DNA from: Raillietiella orientalis | Lineage: Eukaryota | DNA: 64,000 nt | Direction: 5' to 3' | Assembly (NCBI GenBank): GCA_036172245.1 | Contig: JAYWIR010000012.1 | Span: 1,798,001 to 1,862,000 of the forward strand | Position numbers and translations under genes: made by a program | Notes under the pieces: model-generated | Told to the model about the DNA's origin: nothing | What the model saw: only the letters and a program-made list of their open reading frames with translations | The model's database searches: none | Shown: positions 47,303-60,785 of the stretch, one piece after another | How positions within the stretch are numbered: the first letter of the stretch is position 1 | Layout: each line of letters starts with the position of its first letter

Positions 47303-50300
47303 ATTTTCAATGTGAAGCTTACAATGTTCATAAAATTTTTTTTAAATGAACCTAAAAATGAAACAAATGATTGAGAGAGTTCAACCAACATTGCTTGAAT
47401 GAGAATAATGCATCTCATTAACAATTTTGTTCAATCATCAATCAATGGAAATAGATTCACAAATTTTAATGATAAAAACTTTGTTTAAAAGGAAATGTAG
47501 CTGTTTAAAAGGAAGCATGTATCAAGCACCTTTGTTATATTTTTAGATAGAAGTATTAAAATTTAGATTTAGTCTATAATGGATGAATTCTAGATATAAC
47601 CTATTCTACATCTGTACAAAGAGACTGCAGGTTATAATAACATCCTTTTACAAAACACGTTCTACTGCAATAAACATCAAATTAAAACTGTGCTCTTACA
47701 ATGAAAAAACTAACAATTTTCAATGAAAACTCCCCATCTACTTTCATGATAACGTTCACCTATTCTAATAAATTCCAGCAATTTATAAAGTTGGGAATGC
47801 AAATTTTAGAATCCAATCTTATTTGCAAATACAACTTTAATATGAGAAGAAGAAAAATTACAATAAAAATCACTCAAGTCCATGGAATTTGTCAACTTGA
47901 AATTAGGAAATTTTCAAAAATTCAAAACAAAAATCAACATCTGTCATACACGGTACAAGTACAAGTTCAACCGAATTCTTTGATGGAAGAAACACCATGA
48001 ATGCAAACACTGTTGAATAAAACAATGGTAAAACTGCAATACAACTTCGTATGTTGCTTAATAAGCAGAAAAACACAACACAAACAAAACAGTGCAGATC
48101 AAGGGGTGATATGCAAAATGGAATAATTAATATAAAAACGTTACAACTGATTATATAACAGAGATTGCCAAATTACGAAAAATGCCTTGATCTAACCAAA
48201 CACATGTGCTGAATTTATAACTTTATTGCATTCCATACACAATTTAAAACGAGATTCAAATGCATTCACAAACTAAATGCTGCTTGGTTAACTGACATGA
48301 AAAATAAAGCAACTGAACAATGAAATTATTCCAATACATCAAGTGTTTATTTTTTTTTTTACTATTTTTCGATGGCTGTTTTTGATTTTGCAGCCATTCT
48401 CGACTTTCCAATCTTCCCTGTTACGTGAAAATTATTTGGTTAAGTCCAAAACTCAGTTAGACCTGCTATTATTCATTAGAAAACACACACACATGCAATC
48501 CCACTGCCTCAAAACAAACTTTTAATTTAAGGCCATTTTTAAGTATCCGCATGATTTGTAATACTTACACATGCAAACTTAAATTTATTAATAATAATTC
48601 CTTTTCGATGTTGAAATCATAAACATAAAAATGAACTACTTGTAAGCAGAATGCATGCAACAACTATTTACTGACTCACATTTATGGAATGCATATTAAC
48701 CAGTGCAGAAATTGTCACCTATTAAATACATATTAACCAGTAAATAAGAATAATGGATATCAGAAATCAAAACTGCAACTACGTAACAACTAAAAAATTA
48801 CCACATGGCTTACAATGCACACTGGCATTCAATGCATATCTCATCATAAAACTTGCTTAAATAGACAACTACTATGAATTAAAAGGAATACATACTGAAA
48901 TATAACCTGAGAAAGCAAACACACAGATATTCAGTGAATACCTAGATCAGCTTGTTCATGCACTTTTTATTTGTCAACTATAATGTGCAAAAGCTGTACA
49001 CAATGACAGAGAAAATATTTTACTTTCGTGGCAAAAAAAAACTGGCTTATTTATGGCACTGAGAAAAAAATAAACTTGTTCCTATGAACCAGCAAAGTCA
49101 ATTGAAAATTATTCTTGAAAATTCCCTTTTTTCCTATACAGGAACTTGTCTATGAATTTGCTTCAACTTGCAAGATCCTTATGACAGTTTTAGGACCTTT
49201 ACTTTCCATTAGCAAATCCAAACGTTTTTATCAGTAATTAAAACTCCTGAAACGTGCTGTACTGAGTGAACTTTGAAACAATGTGATTCTTTGACTTATA
49301 AAAATTTTATAAATAGTAAACCCAAAATATAGTATGAATTCTCATGACAAATAAAAAGTGAATTAATAAGCACACCTTTCACACAAATAAATTTACGAAT
49401 AAAATGCTTGAAAATAAAAAAGCTTTTCAAATTCCTAATGCTTGATGTACAATGAAATACTCAAATTTTATTTCATCCAAATCATCAGTAAATTTGCGCC
49501 AAATGGTGGTTTGAAACTCAAATATTCAGAAACACGCGAAAAATAAAAATGCTATTTGGGATATCACGAAATTCCACCTCCAAAATTAATGCAAATCCGA
49601 TCCTATTATGCAAACATTGATAGTTGTATACAAGTATGTAGTTTGGGAAGCAAAGCCTTCTGTGAGCGGTGGAACTGACGGAACAATCCCACAAACTGTT
49701 ACACAACTATCTTACTGTAGAATTGTCTCCTTTTGGAGAAAACCAGCAAACTTGCATTCCCTGTGCCTGTGTAACCAAGGGACTCTTTGCACCTAAGCTT
49801 TCGAAATTCTACGTTTTACATACTCGAATGCATAACAGAAATTTCGATCAATCGAAACATCCACAACAAATTTTGCCAAACAACAGGCGACAGCTGAAAC
49901 GGGCATTTCAGAATACAGCAGCCCAAGAAACTTTTGCTGACAAACAAACCCCTGCATGTTCGCTTTGCCAAACATTAAGACTTTTATTGAATACGCTGTC
50001 AGTACGTTTAAATGGGCAACAAATTTTAACTGATCACGTCATATTGATCGAAACTGCGCCGTAGGGAACGGATCAAAATTACAAATAAAAACATGGCAGA
50101 TAATGAGCAAACCTGTAATCAAACACCCTCAGAAACAAATGGAAGAACAACAGTGAAGATTGCAATTGCCAAATTCAGATGCAGCAATTAATGGCACATA
50201 TAGACACATTTACAAAAGCTTGAGAATGTGGTGGCGTATCGGAAATTACATGGCTTCTTCGGAGTAATGTTAACTGAAACATCCTTTTTGGTAAGAATTC

Positions 50301-53300
50301 CGTGAGTCATGATTCATGAAAACAGAAGCCATAATAATTATATATAGGGTGGTGGAAGAAGTCAAAGTGCCACAGGAACGTGTACGGGGAAAGAGAAAAA
50401 GGAAAATTACGGTTCTTCGAATTCAGCCACTTCCTGCAGAGTGTTTCTTGCTAACGACTGCACAGTGAAAAGGAAAACATTTTGGGACGCGTGAAATAGA
50501 TCGAACAACAACTATTTATTTGCTAATTGAACAAAACTGAAAAGGGAAGCTGGCACTGGAGGGCAAACGTCAACTTCAGGACCTTATCGAAAGAGAGCAG
50601 GTGAAGAAAAACAAGCCAAGTGGTAGCAATAGAAAACTCCCACTACACTAACAAGGAAATAAAGCTGGAAGATGAATATTTTATACTTATAGCAGAATTC
50701 AAAGAAGGAATAACCGGTGAAGGATTTACCTTCCCCAATTCAATAGCAGCGACATCGATAGACAAACCCTTTGGATACATGCAATGGTACACCGTGTAAT
50801 TAAAGCAATATGCTCACTTAAATGAAACTCGAAAAAGTTCAGTATCAAAAGGTGACTGTCAGATCCATAAACATAAACTGCACATCTTCGTTAGTGTTTT
50901 CAAAGGATAAGAAACATCATCACATCATCAGGAAGGAAAGAGTAAACAACCTTAATTAGAAATCATCTGGAATAGAAATTTATTTTGCATCACCTCTTCG
51001 GAGAGGAAATGTGAAATTGATCATCTCTTAGAAATCTAAAAGGCATTCATCTGAATCATCTCTAGAGGTGGGGATCGATGGACAGGACCCACCATTCTGG
51101 TGCTCCTCTTTCAACTCGCAGCACCAGAAACTCCTTTTGTCAAGGAGAAGCTTATAACGAAATCTTTCTTGTGCATATGATCAGCATCCATCCTTTTTTT
51201 CTTTTTTTTCATGGCTTATCTTCAGTGGTCCTTCTGATTCCTGCTTTGTTCACCACTGAAATTGATTCGTGGAAAACACGGCTCACATGACAGAGCTCAC
51301 ATGGCCAGTTCAACCTCTTTTCTGTTAGCAGTTCCTGGGAGAGTTTTAGAGGACTTTATGACTGTTCGTGAGATGAAGCGACAGTCACATGCAGGTTTCA
51401 ATGACACTTTTCTCTGGTAGAAGGTGGTACAAACAGAAACTGTTTTTATGAGGTAGTAGATTCTCCAGGATTAGAGTAGAGATTGGTTTGGGGAAGCTCT
51501 TCTGGTTGAGCTGATGACGATGGAAGCTCTCCTCGCTTCCTGGCATTCAGCTGTCGTGTGGAGACCCGGATTCATGCAATCGCTGTCGCGTGACGTTTCA
51601 CATGACGTAAATGTGCATCACTAACCTAACGTTACTCGGTCGGAGGTGTTGACGCACAGTCTGGCATCGACGTGGCAGCCACGATCTCTCGCGTCTGTCA
51701 ACCTGTTTCCATTACTCCCATTGCTTCTTCAAATTCTTCCCATTACTGTGGAAAGTGTGTCAGTCCGAGAAAGGAAAGGCTGGAAGCATCCATCCCAGAT
51801 CGGCAGGTCTTTCCTGAGATGTGGGAGCTTTCCTCAGCAACAGGCAGCTGCAGGAAGGAAGAGAGGAGGAGGGGAGATACGAAATATTCCTCTGCTCGTG
51901 GGAGAAATGCAGTACCTGTACCTAGAGCGGCTGGTCTGCTCACACGCACTCGCATCCACCCACGCATGCGCATACGTTCTCACAGAAATTGTGGACCAGT
52001 AGAGTCCCTTGAGGGGGTGGAGACATGGGATCTCTCCTCTCCGAGCAGGAGGTAGATCCTGGTCGACTGCAGTGCCTCCCCCCCCCTGTTGTCAAAGAGA
52101 GCAGATCTCTCCTTGACAACAAGGTTTTGTCAATTTTGAACTACTCCCGAGAAGCAGCACCCAGAAGTGGTTCCACGTCTTTCCGGAGAGGCTCGGCGCC
52201 TTCTCCCAGGTGAGTGCTCTATCCCTACCTCTCTCCACGTCACGGGGGGGGGGGAGGAAGCACATCTCTCCCTCTTGCCTCACACACTTGTGCGGCGCCT
52301 GCATCCAGGAAAAGAGGGAGCAGTAAACTGCGTGCTGGACGATGCAGAGGGAGAGAACGCACCTGCACGGGGGTCTCGACAGCTGCGGGCGCCGCCTCCG
52401 ACGGATCCGCGGATTTCTAGGCCCTCTCCCTCACTCTCCGCAAAGTTGCCTTCTTCCTCCTCCTCCATCCTCTCCGGAGGAGGAGGTGCGGAGAGTCGCG
52501 CTGTCCTGCACGCTGCCGCTGTTGGTCCCGCCGAAGGAGGAAGAGAAAGAGGAACGCGCGCGCCTCCACACACACGTCTGCTTCAAGACAGGACCTCCCA
52601 CGGAGAAGAACGCCAGGCACATTCCTCCAGGAGCGCCGCCGGATGACCCTGCCACCGATCGCCTTGAGGAAGACAGCCGAAGGGCGAAGGTTGCAGGCGC
52701 ATCTTCGTGAGAGTGTGCGTGACGGAAGCCGGACGCCGTCCGCTAAAAACAGAAGGAGCCTGACAATCGAAAAGCGCTCGCGAGAAAACATGTTGCCATG
52801 GGGACGGAGGGGAGGGAGAGAAGGGAGAAGCGCAGCCCGCGCTCCCTTTCTCCAGGCGCAGCGGACCACCTGGGCGTTGGGAAGCGCGGAGCGGTGTCCT
52901 CTTTGTCAGAAGAGCCGTTCGGCACCCTGCACGGGGTGACACCCCATCTTCACAAATGAAAGGGAAAGGCAGAGTAGCTCTTTCCCTTTTCTTCTCCTCC
53001 TACTCTTTTCCTTTCTCTTCCTACTATTGCTACTTACCACCGCTCCCACTGCTATTATTTTTTTTTCCCTCGCCCTACTACTACTAATGCTATCACTACT
53101 CGTACTACTGCTACTATTTCCGCTTCTCCTGGTGCTACCCTTCTTCTTCTCCCTTTCATTGCCCCTGTTCCAAAAACTGCAAGGTTCTTCCGTGCCGTAG
53201 GGAGAAACGTTTCTGTAAGACGGGACAGGTGCTTTTTTGCTGCAAATTTCCTTGTCTTTGATCCGTCCGGGAGCGTCCGAGGACTCCTTCCCTTAGGGAT

Positions 53301-56300
53301 GGGCGTCACCTTTCCATGAGTCGGCAAGGGCTGCTGCGGCAGAAGGAGGTCTTCGAGGACCGCGACGTCTGCTCGGGAGTCCGCCGACCTCCTTTTCCTA
53401 GGCATGCGGACGGGTCAGCGGTCCAACCAAGAGACCCCCTTGGTCAAGGAGGCATTCAAAGAAAGCTACCCGGAGGCCCATCCGCTCCTTCTTCCGCTTC
53501 CCGCGCCATCAGGTGCAAAGGAATTCGCCCCTGGAGGCAAGCCTAAGAACTCAGGCGTCACTCCTTGACCTCGAAGCCCCAGATGCAGCTGCGACCCGCC
53601 CCTCTCCAGGGCGAAACCCCTGGAAAGCCACAGTACCCGGATCCAGACCGGAGGTGAAGGTCAACGGGGCTCGAGGATACTCCTTGGAGCTGTCTGACCC
53701 GGGAGTCCAGGACTCGTCTCAACAAAGACCTGGAAGGCGTCCTTCCTCGGAAAGTTGTCCTGACACACCCTCACCCTTCGCCTCGAAGACGCATCTCCCT
53801 TGGAGAAGGCGGCACATGGAAGAAACCGCCTCCGGCACTCAGGTGACCGACATCCGCGCTTCCTTGGAAACCCCCCGCCCGACTCAGCGCCTGTGCCCTC
53901 GGCACGCGGCCATCCCTCTGGAGCTGCCCCATGCGGTCGGGGAGAGGAAACTGTCTGAGAGGCCAGGGCACGGGAGGCGATCCCCACGCGCCCTCTCAGT
54001 GGTCAGTAAGGGATCCAGTGTGAAAGTCGTGCAAAGTGGGATGGGAAGAGGGGAGGGAAAGAAGGGAACGTCTTTGGGAGTTTTGCTGATGCCGCGCCGG
54101 CAAAGGCTGGCCCCCATCGTGACCTTGGCAGACAGAGTTCGCCCCTAGCGGTCCACCAAGCGCTCGTTCGGGAGACTCTGAAGCGGAGGCGGCAGTGGCC
54201 CCCGCCTGGCAACTCAAGAGTCTCGTGGGTCGAGACCGCTGGTCGAGGATTTCACCGCACCTCTCTCCCCATCATTCCGCCGGCACCTGCGATCCGGCGG
54301 CTACCGGTAGTTGGGTGGTGCGCGCGCGAGGCAACCTGAGAAGAAGGTACCCTCCGGCGGCGGCAGAGGTGCGGGGATCGGAGGTAAAGGGAGGAGCTCC
54401 CCACTGGAGAGAATGCCGTATCACGGACGTGTGGTCACATTCTCCTCTCCTTGCGCCCTTTCTCTCCGCGCTTTCGTTTTCTTATGGCCGCGTCGTCATG
54501 GATTGCGGAGCCGCGAGTGGACCCGCGGACCCTCCCCCCGCAGGGGAGGAAAAGACCTCGGGGAGGGTCTCGGATGTGAGCCTCCTGGGTTAGCTGGTCC
54601 AGTCACGTCCAGGGTCGGCACGAAAGCCCCGAGACAGGAGGGAGAGGATCTTTGACCCGGGGTCCTTCGACAGGTCTCCCCGGAGGACAGGGTTCGCGCA
54701 GGGGGATGGGGACCCTCCTGAGAGCCCCAGGATCAGGAATGGTCCGGAGGCGGCACCCATGTTCCCTTCCGCATCGGGCGATCGTCTTCGAGGTCCTCTT
54801 GCCTTTCCGGAGAGGTCGCGGACCTCATGGTGCGGGCTGGTCATCCGGTGGTCATTGGAGGGTTCGGGAGCTTTTTTTTGCTCCTCGCGCAAGGTAGAGG
54901 GGCAGCCGCGCCGGCCCGCTAGCGTGCGGTACAGCCTCCCTGGAGGCACTCCCTCTCAGCCGCTCTGCTCGTGTCGGCCGAAGCGGCGCTCCCTCTCGTC
55001 GCGAGACGACGAGAGGCAAAAGGCAGCAAGTGCTGCCCTCTCCGACCCGTTCCCGGAAGCTTTCGGCGGATGCTCGCAGGGTCGCGCAGCTTTTCGTCGC
55101 AAAGTAACTCCGTTCCTCCGTTCTCGCTTCCAGTCCCGTGTTTCAATGCACCTTGCAGGATCTCCAGGATGTGTGCAACCTGGATTCCTCACGTTATTCT
55201 TTTTTTTCTTTTTTTTTTCTCTGGGGGAGAAGGAGCTCGAGAACCAGTCCGAGAACGACTTTGTCGAAGGACGAATGACCAGCACGAATGGCTCGGTGGA
55301 CTCATTCGTGCCACTGTTGCCAGATCCATTTTTTTTTCTTTTTTTATACCTTTGGCTCCGTGACCTCCCTTCCCCTCCTGCTCGCTGCCTCCCGAGCTCC
55401 CGCTGCTGACACTGGCCTGGAGCGCTCCCCAAGCCATCACTTCCGTACCACGGGCATTCGCAAACGTGTGCGCGCTCGCACGCGACCTAGGCTCGCCATG
55501 ATCATCCTCGTGCGCACGCGAATGAGTACGCATGCGTTTGCACGTGCGTTGTTCCCAGGTCTGTCGTGGGACAGCGATGCGTCCTACCCCTTCGGCCCGG
55601 GTGCGCGACGGTGCAGGAACGCGGGGCCGCCCCCATCCTCCCCTCTGTGTCCTGTTGGGTCGCCAATGCCCTCGGCAGTGCTATCCCGCCTTCCTTCTTC
55701 CCTTCCCACAGACAGCGGCAGATCTGGAGTGCGTGCGTGCGCGCCGGACCTGCCGACCCCGCATTTCCCTTTGCGGAAGGCAAGTGGTGCCGGAAGCGGC
55801 GACTCGATCACCGGAGGGAATGCGCTGTTGCTCACGCCGTGTCCGACGGGAAGCCGGGAAGACAGGAGCGCGTTGCTGCCAGTTCCTGGTAAATCCCCCG
55901 AGAGAAGGGAAAGTCGTCCCACCCCTCCTCCTCCCCACACCCCCTTCCTCGGGGATGACGCCCTCCGCTCCGAAAATGCTCCAGAGGTTGTTGAGGCGCC
56001 AGGACTGGGCGCGCATGCTTTGGGGGCAACTCAGCTGCCCGACGGCGACGGCGCGCCATGAGGGAACCTGCAGGGAGCAGCACTGACCTCACTCCACATG
56101 AGCTTCCCGGCCGCTTTTTCCCACGCGCGCGAGGACAGCGGCGGTCCCCCGAGCAAGCGGAGGACGTACCGTCGGCAGTCGCCAGCTCCCTGGCTTGGGG
56201 TTGCGACAAAACGGGTCGAGCCGGGAAGCGAAATGCAAAAATGGTCAGACGGGCTCGAAGCCGGTGACGACACACCCCATTCTCACCTCCTCTCCTGGCT

Positions 56301-58004
56301 CCGCCCAGAAACTGTTCCCACCCCTACTAACTCGTCTCCCTTTGACCCCTCCCCCTCCATTCCCTCCCCATTTCCTGTCCCTACAGAAACGTGGTTCCTC
56401 TCGCTCCGAGACGGGCCCCTTCCTCCCTGCTGTGCGAATTTCACGGATTCATTTATTTCTAAATAAACGGACCGCAATCCTAGATGAGGTCACGCCCTGA
56501 GGTGTTTTTGGTGAGCAGGTGGGACCCCGGGATCCCCTTACGCACACACAGGACTCCGGTTCCTGAGCAAGTCCACAAGTCTTAGGAGGGTCGCTGATTC
56601 TAGGTCCGAGGAGGAGCTGGGAAATAGGGCGATGAATGAGCAAGCAGACTCCGGGGCAGCTAGCAATCATTAGAGGCATCCCCTGCGGTCTGTTCATGGA
56701 TGCGAGATGCGTCCTCGCCGGCCCTTCCTTCTCGACGGATTGACTTCCCTCCTCGGCACGGAGATCTTTCGGGTGGCTGGAGTGGTTCCCTTGCGTGGCG
56801 AGCTGCCTCTGATCGGAGGACGCGCCCCCTGCGGCGGGGTCGCAGGCGGCTGCACGAGAACGAGATCCCGGTGACCTCCGGGCGCACAGAGGGAATTTCA
56901 ATCCCTCCGTCCAAGGGCGCCATGGCGCAGCAGTAGGCGAGGGATCGATTCCGTTTCCCTACCCCGAGCATCAGGGATCGCAGCTTCGAATAGACGACCC
57001 CCCTGCTGCAGAGGTGCTAGAGAGCGCTGCGGAGGAGCATGTGCTGCCGCCAGAGGGAAAATCCCCGTACGATGTCAGAGGCATTCGCTGTCTTCCTGGC
57101 AAGTTCCCCCGGAGCATCCCTGCAGCGGCGTTCCCTCGATGAGCAGCATCGTCAGCCCTGCTTCCTCCGAGTGCAGAGATCGAGCAGCCTCCAAAGACAG
57201 CACGGCCCGAAGAGCAGCTTCGTCTTGCAGACCTGGAGCTTCTTCGAAGGGAGGCGGGCCGCCGATCTTGACGGGAGGCAGGGCCGAGCCGCCCCCGAGC
57301 GCGGTTCACCCGAAGGCAGCACGGGCATGATTCTTCCTTTTTCGCCCCTCCCCCCTCCTTCTGCAGCGTGACCCACTTAGCAAGGGGCGGGGGCACGTCG
57401 AGAGCGCCTCTCCCGCGCAGCTCGCCGTGTTTGACCGCTTTGGTGTGCCCGAGTTCGACCCAGACTCAGGGAAATGATGTCTAGACACGCCTTAATCAGT
57501 TGACCCGTCCTCTCTCAGTGATCCCGTAAGTGTGGTTTCCCTACAAACCCTAGCCCGACGGGAGTGCCACTACTTGCATTCTGTGCAGAGGGACTTTCTT
57601 CTGCCTCCCCCCCTCCCCTCCACACAGTCACTCATACTGCGGCTAGCCCACCGGGTACTCGGAGCTGGAGTTGCACCACAGCGTATGCGCGGTGGCGCGT
57701 TCTTTCGGTGAGTCATGGGTGCGGAGATGGGAGTCCCTGAGGTGCAAGGCATTCAGGTGCACCATCGTGAGGATGCGAGGGCCTTTGCTCCGCCGCAGGT
57801 ACCGTTCCTAGGTTCCTGATCCTCTCCAGTGCATCGACCCTTGCCTTTCTTAGAGGGCTAGGTAGATGCTCACCTCATGCTCGAGAACGGACTTCTAGTC
57901 TCGGGCGACGTGAGCGCGCATCTCTGTTCTGTGCGGGAGAGGATCACCACGGACGACGGCGGCCGCCTCCAAGTCTGCCCACTGTCTTGGGAACAGCGAG
58001 ACAT

Positions 58005-58501
58005 TGGCCCGCGTTGATGGCTGTGCGGCTGCTGTCTCTCCGTGCGCGACACCGGGCGTCGCGGGTTCGAATCCCCACGTCGAGGACCGTCGCCGAGAGC
58101 GGGGGGAGGGGATGGCATCGCGGGTTTCGAGTCTCCCCTGCAGGATGGCGCTGGTTGGCCTGAAGGCTTCAGGTGCGTCGGCATTGGTGGAAGCTGGAAC
58201 CCTTGCCCCGGATGCCCCCTTGGCGGACCGGGATCGGAAGTTGACCCTTCAAGTTCCTTCCTGGACATCAAGGAGCCCTTCGGGATTCCCTTCCGTCTGT
58301 GAAAATGAAGCCGTCCCTCCCATCGGTTATCATGGAGCCGTTTGATACCCCCTTCGAAGGGTTGCCTCCCTAGAATGTCGGAAGGTGCTGCTCCCTTCAG
58401 GAAGTGACCCTTCCGAGAAATTGGGAAGCGTCCCTTCGGAGTTCTTTTCAGAGGAGGAAACAAAGGAGGAGCTGTTCCCTTGCAGGTTCCCTCCGGAGAA
58501 G
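58005..58501 (+). mobile_element. tRNA-derived SINE, copy 4
   Basis: B-box ggttcgaatcc at 58064-58074; body is the reverse complement of copy 1. Confidence 0.8.
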
Positions 58502-58509
58502 ACATGAGT

Positions 58510-58660
58510 TCCTCACGAAGCTCTTTGACGTCATCCACGCCACCCGAGGGAGCATGTGACTCTTCAAGTTATAAGGGACTACCTCATGATTGATTGATTC
58601 CTGGAAGAATTCCGAAGGGTCGACTTCCAATCCGGCCGCTCAACGGGAACATCCGGTTCT
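58510..58660 (-). mobile_element. internally deleted SINE fragment, tail-to-tail with copy 4
   Basis: 58510-58577 matches 2911-2976; 58590-58660 matches ~3365-3430. Confidence 0.7.
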
Positions 58661-59373
58661 CCCGAAGAGCAGCTTCTTCTTACAGACCTCAGCGCCTCTT
58701 CGAGGGGCAGCGACCCACCGATCCTCACGGGAGCTGGCTCCAAAATAAGAAGAGAGAGGGGAGGGAAGGAAGAGAAAACAAACCTCCTAAGACTTTTAGA
58801 CTTCTGCTCCGAGGCTGCCGAAGACAATGAAGCTGGAAGTTCTTCTCTCTCTTAGTAATGATGCCGTGGTCACCTCCGAGCACCGAGAATGGCCGGGCGG
58901 GGACGCCTCCCAGCTGGTTCGGGGAAGTAGACGAGCCAGCAAACAAGGAGAGGAGCGCGGCGCTCGCGGGGCATCCCGGAAGCTCCAGTGGCGCCAGCGC
59001 GCAGCAGCAAACAGGCGTTATCAGCAGGCGTGATCCCCATGGGCGCGCGCGACTCTCCCGGAATCAATGCTCTCATCCGCTCCTGAGGCACAGCTCCTTT
59101 GCGACTCTCTCACCCGGGCGATGTGCGGCGCGGGGAAGATAACGCCCTGGGATGGATCGAGTGATCGTGTCCCGCATCTGCCGGAGCGCACATCAGCATT
59201 TCCATGTAGAAGCGGCGTCTGCCCTCGGATGCTGATGCTCCGTGACCTACATGAACAACGAAATATGAATGACCGCGATTGCGCAACACCCGCCTGTTGT
59301 GCAATCGCAACACCGGCTTCGAAGGGCAGGGTAGATCAAACGAAACACCTTAGCACTCGGGAGAAAGCAGACT

Positions 59374-59580
59374 TTTCTTCTCTTCCTTTCCTCTTGCTCC
59401 CCTTCTTCCTTTCTTCCTCCTTTTCCCTTCACCAACCACCCCTCCCTTCCTCTTCTTCTTCTTCCCTTCCTCCCCCTCTTTCTTTTCTCCTCCTCCTCCT
59501 CTTTCCTTCACCAACCCTTATCTCCCCCATTCCTCCCCCTCCCTCCTCCCTCCCTTCCCTTCCTTTTCTCTTTACCAACC
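59374..59580. repeat. polypyrimidine/polypurine (CCT/CTT-rich) low-complexity tract
   Basis: ~200 nt almost exclusively C/T on the + strand. Confidence 0.85.
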
Positions 59581-60244
59581 TCCGCTTTGAAGGTGCACTG
59601 AGCCCCAGGGCGCCGATGTGCAGCCTGGAATCACCTACCCTCCACATCTCGAGGAAATCCAAACGATTCTTGGGTGACCCTGACCGGTTCCTGCACGCCA
59701 ACTTCTCAATGTGACCAATCGGCGAGCTGCTAATCTTTGGTCATTCTTCACCCTTGGGTTCGTCTGAAATTTTCCTTAAGAGAAACTCCTTGATCTGAGA
59801 ATCGGCGTCCAGAAACCCCGTCTTTTGCAGCATGTGGAAAAGCTCGGCTTGACCTCGGAGGGATCGATCACGCATTTCAGAGGACTCGCATTTGGCGCAC
59901 TCGAGAGACAAGCCGTGGAACAAGCTGAAGAGCGGTACCGATTTTGTTATCAGGCAGCCCTCGGTCATCTTGCAATTCTTGATCATCATAACGAATGAAG
60001 ATGACACCGGTACACGGAGACCTCATGGGTGGCGCTGGCTCAACAAGATGGTAAAAAATGGACCATGGATCTTCCAAACATCTCAAAAACCAGCATACTT
60101 TGAAGGGACTGACATTTTCGGTAACACTCCATCTTTATTCTGCGCTCCATCTCTCAATGTATCTGAGGAATCCTCATAGGCATGGATGAAATAAAGTTAT
60201 CCATGACTTGACATCCAAAAAAAACAAAAAACAGAGCGCGTCGG

Positions 60245-60785
60245 CGGCCGCGTGGCTGCGGCCTCCACTCGCGTGGTACCAAGCGTCACGGGTTCGAATC
60301 CCACCCGGAGAAGTACCGACGCCGAGAACGAGGGGTGCTTCATGGGTTTCAAGTTCCCCCGCAAGATGACGCTGGTTGGCACGCAGGCATCGGGTGCGAA
60401 GGCACTGGTGGAAGCCGCATACCGGGGTGCTCACGTTGACTCCTGGATTGGAAGTGGGCCCTCTGGGATTCTTCCAGGACATCAAGGAGCCTTCGGGGTT
60501 CCCTTCAGGCTGGAATGGAGCCGCCCTCCCTCCCTCTGGGAGGATCCTCCATCGCGCACCATCGAGCTGGTTGATGCTGGTTGATGTCGAATGGGTTGCC
60601 TCTCCATAGTATCAGATGTGTGTTCCTTCCTTCGGTGAGAGCACCCTTCCCGAAATTGGAAAGTATCCTTTCGGAGTTCTCTTAAGTGGAGTAAAGAAGG
60701 AGCAGCTTCTCTGAGGGTTCCCTCCGGAGAAGAAACAAAGAGTTTTCTCCTTCTTCCAGAGCCTTCCTGGATTCATAAAGTGGGC
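60245..60785 (+). mobile_element. tRNA-derived SINE, copy 5
   Basis: Head cggccgcgtggctgc, B-box at 60291-60301; body homologous to copies 2 and 4. Confidence 0.8.
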
